Shown here: one piece after another, positions 59,147-64,000 of the stretch | Layout of the letters: each line of letters begins with the position of its first letter | Position numbering within the stretch: the stretch's first letter is position 1 | Assembly (NCBI RefSeq): GCF_009914755.1 | Contig: NC_060935.1 | Strand: one strand, 5' to 3' | DNA: 64,000 nt | From: the human T2T-CHM13v2.0 reference genome, Homo sapiens | Program-made: the position numbers and the translations under genes | Notes under the pieces: generated by a model | What the model saw: only the letters and a program-made list of their open reading frames with translations | Told to the model about the DNA's origin: nothing | The model's database searches: none

Positions 59147-59610
59147 TTGTATTGGTTGCCTTCCCATGGCAAATGCTCTCTTCTTCATTCTGGTAGCAAG
59201 GTGCTCAGCCACAGGGATGATCCAAGGCAGCAATGGAAATGCCTTCCCCTTTGCCAGAAAGTGGTCCAAGAGTAGACATGTGACCTCGTCTTAGTCAATG
59301 ACATGTTTGGGGATAGTCTGCTGGGAAAGCTTCTCTCCTGGATAAGAGAATGATGTGAAGGGAGAATACCCTTTTTGCTACCATGCCCTTTCTCCCTGCT
59401 TGGGAGGACATGGTTCCTGATGGCACTCAGTCATCTTGCAATCACAGGGGTAGTCACCCTCGAGGCTCAGAATGGGAAATGCCTGGGTCATCAAAGACAT
59501 TGTTGAATCAGCAGACCAATCCTCATTCCAACTTCTTCTGGCCTCATTAAAAAATAAAAAGTTTAAGCCACTCTAAAGCAGGTGACCTCTTCCTTGCATC
59601 CTAAATGATT
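59147..59610 (+). mobile_element. Old MLT1-like MaLR LTR fragment
   Basis: cagtcatcttgcaatcac, gggtcatcaaagacattgttgaatc, gtttaagccact motifs. Confidence 0.5.
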
Positions 59611-61489
59611 CAGTGAGAAAAGTATCCTGGTTCCCTCTGGGACTATTTTCTTTTTCTGAGGAAGACAGAGGGAAGAGTGGAATGGGAAAGGGCCCAGGCT
59701 GGGAGGCAGGCGTCCTTGGTCTAACCCCAGCTCTGCCTCTGAGTTGCTGTGTGATCTTGAGCAAGTCCCTTCTCCCCTGGGCCTCCAATGATTACAGCTA
59801 ATATTTATTGGCTGTTTACTGTGTGCCCAGTGCTCTTCTAAGAGCTTCCCTTGCATCATCTCATTCAATCTTCACAACACCTCTGTTATGTCAGTATCAC
59901 TATTATCTTTATTTTAGGGATAAGGAGACTGAGGCCCAGAAACTTGAGGTCCAGGATCCTGACTATAAAGCCATATTGCCTAGCAGTAAAAGGAAGTATC
60001 CAGACAAGGTGACCTCTAAGGGCCTCTTAAGCTCAAATATTCTTTCATTTGCTGTCCCATTTCTAGCTACATGATCAACAAGCCAGCTTAGCCTAGAGAA
60101 AAAAGAAATAAGGGCTGTCTTTAGACATCTGAAAAGCTGTCACGTGAGCAGGAGATTAGACTTACTCGGGGTAGCTCAGAGGACATGAACTGGACCAGTG
60201 TGGGAGCATGATAGGGAGATAGAGTGCAACTTATATAAGGGAGAATTTTCTAGCACAATTTGGCAGGCGGCAGAGCTATGCCCAGATGTGATGACTCCCA
60301 CGTCATAAAGGTTATGCAAGCTTGTGTTTGATAACGCAGTATTACTGACAAAGGTTTGAGCAGGTATGGGACTGAATGGCATAAGACTTGTGGTAGAAAT
60401 TAAATGGGATAACATATGAGATTACTCCTAACATCATGACCAGTGCAAATAGACAGGATCAATAAATTATTGGGTTCTTTTTTTCCTTTTTAACACTGAG
60501 ATTCTTGGATTTTAAAATTGTCTAATATGGAGTTTTGGCTCTCTGGCTCTAATATTTTACCATTCTATAATTTCTGTAATTCTTCCCTGCTAAGGTGCTA
60601 TGATTTTAATACTAGAACTTTCCATAATTGTGTGGCTCTAGAAGCTGAGAAGCCTCTTATTTTATAATTTAATAGTCTTTAGCTTTAACAATTCAAGTCA
60701 ATAAAGTGTCTCTCATCAACTCCAGAAATACAAGGGAGTTGCTCCAAATGCTGTGGTTCAGTGGCCTGGACACACATTGGGCTTTTCCTTCTGCCCACCC
60801 TGTCATTCCACCAACATCCTCCCACCCCCAGCCTCAGGCTCTCCATTCCAACCAACCCTCCTCCCCAATTCCGATCCCATCCACACTCTGCTGTCTCCCA
60901 GCCTACCAAAGAGGTACATTACTCTCTACCTGCTGGCTACTGTTTATTAAACAAGAGTCTTCACTGTGGCCAGGCTTATACTTATTTCAAAGGTGATATA
61001 AAAAATGGGAAGACATGGTTATTGTTCTCATGTGGCCTAAGGTCTAGAGACACATGTCTCTTGCTTTCCTGTTAACCCAACTCAAATGTACCTCTTCCAG
61101 GAAGCCTTCCATGATTGACACTAAATCTCTAACACCAACAATCTCAATTTGAGTGTGAAATGTGAAGATCTGAGTTCCTTGGTTGGTTATTGTACAGACC
61201 TGTAACTTGTCTGTCTATCCTGTCTCCCTGATTATATGTGAGATTTCCCCCTGAATCAAGAGTTTGTCTCCTCAACCAGACTGGGAATTTTACAGAGGAA
61301 GACAATGTCTTCTCCATCAGACTGGAGGCTCCATGTAGACATGGGCCAATGTTCCCTTGTATCATACTTGAGTAGAGTTAGAGGCACAGTGATGTTCCTC
61401 TATCAGATCAACAAATTCCCAAAGGCAAGTATATGTCTCTGCCATTGGACTAACGATTTCACAAAAGCAGAAGCCACACCTCCCCTTTA

Positions 61490-61945
<456 letters not shown>

Positions 61946-63301
61946 TCATAGGAAAAAATATTTTTCTTAAAGCAGATAGACAAATATATGGAAAAGGAAA
62001 GGTTCAGGAGGCAGAGTAGAAACTCGAGCCTCTCCCAACATGTCCAGACCCTCTCTTGGTCTCTCCTAGATCCTATTCTAAGAGCTGCTGTCCCTTGGCC
62101 AGGAGGGGGCCTCTCCCAGCTCCTCCCAGCAACTCGGAGCAATAAGTGAAGATGTCAGCACCTTGGACAGCGCCCAACCCATTACAGGACGCGGAGCCAG
62201 CGGAAGCCAAGCTCTCCACCTCCCTTAGCCTCTGGGTGATGGATTTCCTCTCTTCTCAATTTGATTAAAGCCCAGTAGATAACCAGAGCGCCTTGTTCCT
62301 TTCTCTTCTCCCTTCCTGATGAACATAATTAACTCCGTCAGGCTGGGAATGCTTGCTCTTAAATACTGCCTGCCCAGCTCCCACCCAGGCATGAATCAGT
62401 AAAATAGAACACTTGGAAGATTCACACGTTTCTTCCTAGGGAATGAAAGTGGGAGAGGAAGCTGTCTCTGAGATATACAGAGGCTGTGAATGAAGGCTGA
62501 CATGTGGTGGTTGGGTAGAGAAACCCCTAAACTGGAAGTCAGGAAGTTTACTTTAGTCCTAGCTTTGCCACTAATCCAGATATGATCTAGGCAGGTCATG
62601 TGCCCTTTCTTTCTGAGCCTGTTTTTCCATTTGCAAGATGTATATTGGTCTAGATAATATCAGATGCTGAGTTCAGTGCTAATGTGCTATGGTTGAAAAT
62701 CTTTAAACAGAGAGGGAAAGGAACTTGCCCAAGGTCACACAGCAAGCTTATGGCAAAGCAGACTTTAATTCATGGCTCCTGGCTTCTACCCCAGTGCTAT
62801 TTCCACAAACTTACCCCTTCATTCATATCACAGACTTTCTTGCCTGAAGATGGAGGCTAAGGAAGTTAAAAACAGATAGGATTGCATTAATTGGTGTTAG
62901 CATTTAGAAAATAACATTTAACATATGTGTAAATGCTAATCTCTCTGAAGAGAACAGAAAGCATGGCATAAATAATTAAGATTATGGGGAAAGGATCACC
63001 TGATAGAGACAGAAAATCAACCCCACACTCAGAGAATCCCAGAAAGGTTTTGTGACTTGCCCAAGGCCATCTAGTAAGGCAACTCTTGAATCTTTTAAAA
63101 AGAAAGAGTGAACTCTTACCTTAAGTGTTGGTGGTGCCCCTGTCGGAGAAGGAGAGAGAGAGAGACAATATGAATTAGCAAGTATGTATTAAGTTGCTGA
63201 CGTGTGCCCAGCTCTCTACTAGGCACTTGAGGAGGGATATAAAACATAAGGTATGAATGCTGCTCTCTAGGCACCAGGTCTTTGATGTTTTGCTTCTTCT
63301 A

Positions 63302-63892
<591 letters not shown>

Positions 63893-63893
<1 letters not shown>

Positions 63894-64000
63894 TGGATGG
63901 AAGGATGGATGGATGATGAATACAGATGTATGGGTGACTGGGAAAGAGGGTAGATGAAGGCATGAATATGTGGATGAGTGAGTGGGTGGGCGAATGGATG
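63893..64000 (+). repeat. Degenerate (GGAT)n repeat, runs off the window end
   Basis: Direct reading. Confidence 0.75.

Overview
Human (primate) genomic DNA covering nearly all of SLCO2B1 (OATP2B1, organic anion transporting polypeptide 2B1) on the + strand. I reconstructed coding exons 2-14 (10257-52186) by hand. Every junction is GT-AG and phase-consistent, and the exons total 2114 nt. Adding the known 16-nt coding part of the canonical first exon (upstream of this window) gives the 709-aa protein; the strong-Kozak ATG at 10307 gives the 687-aa short form. The window also holds a non-coding alternative first exon under a DR1/HNF4A site (~7365-7506), the 3' UTR with poly(A) signals, ~10 kb of downstream intergenic DNA, and a dense repeat load (about 27 Alus, L1, L2/MIR, several solo LTRs, DNA transposon relics). 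I see no evidence of a wholly new biological system. The most interesting signals concern isoforms: two candidate coding first exons that splice in frame to exon 2, an in-frame alternative terminal exon in intron 10, a 249-nt AG-free zone before exon 3, a degenerate ~44/88-bp tandem array in intron 8, a triple-nested Alu/LTR/Alu insertion, and a strong CTCF-like motif in the 3' UTR. Repeat boundaries and subfamily names come from visual recognition and are approximate.
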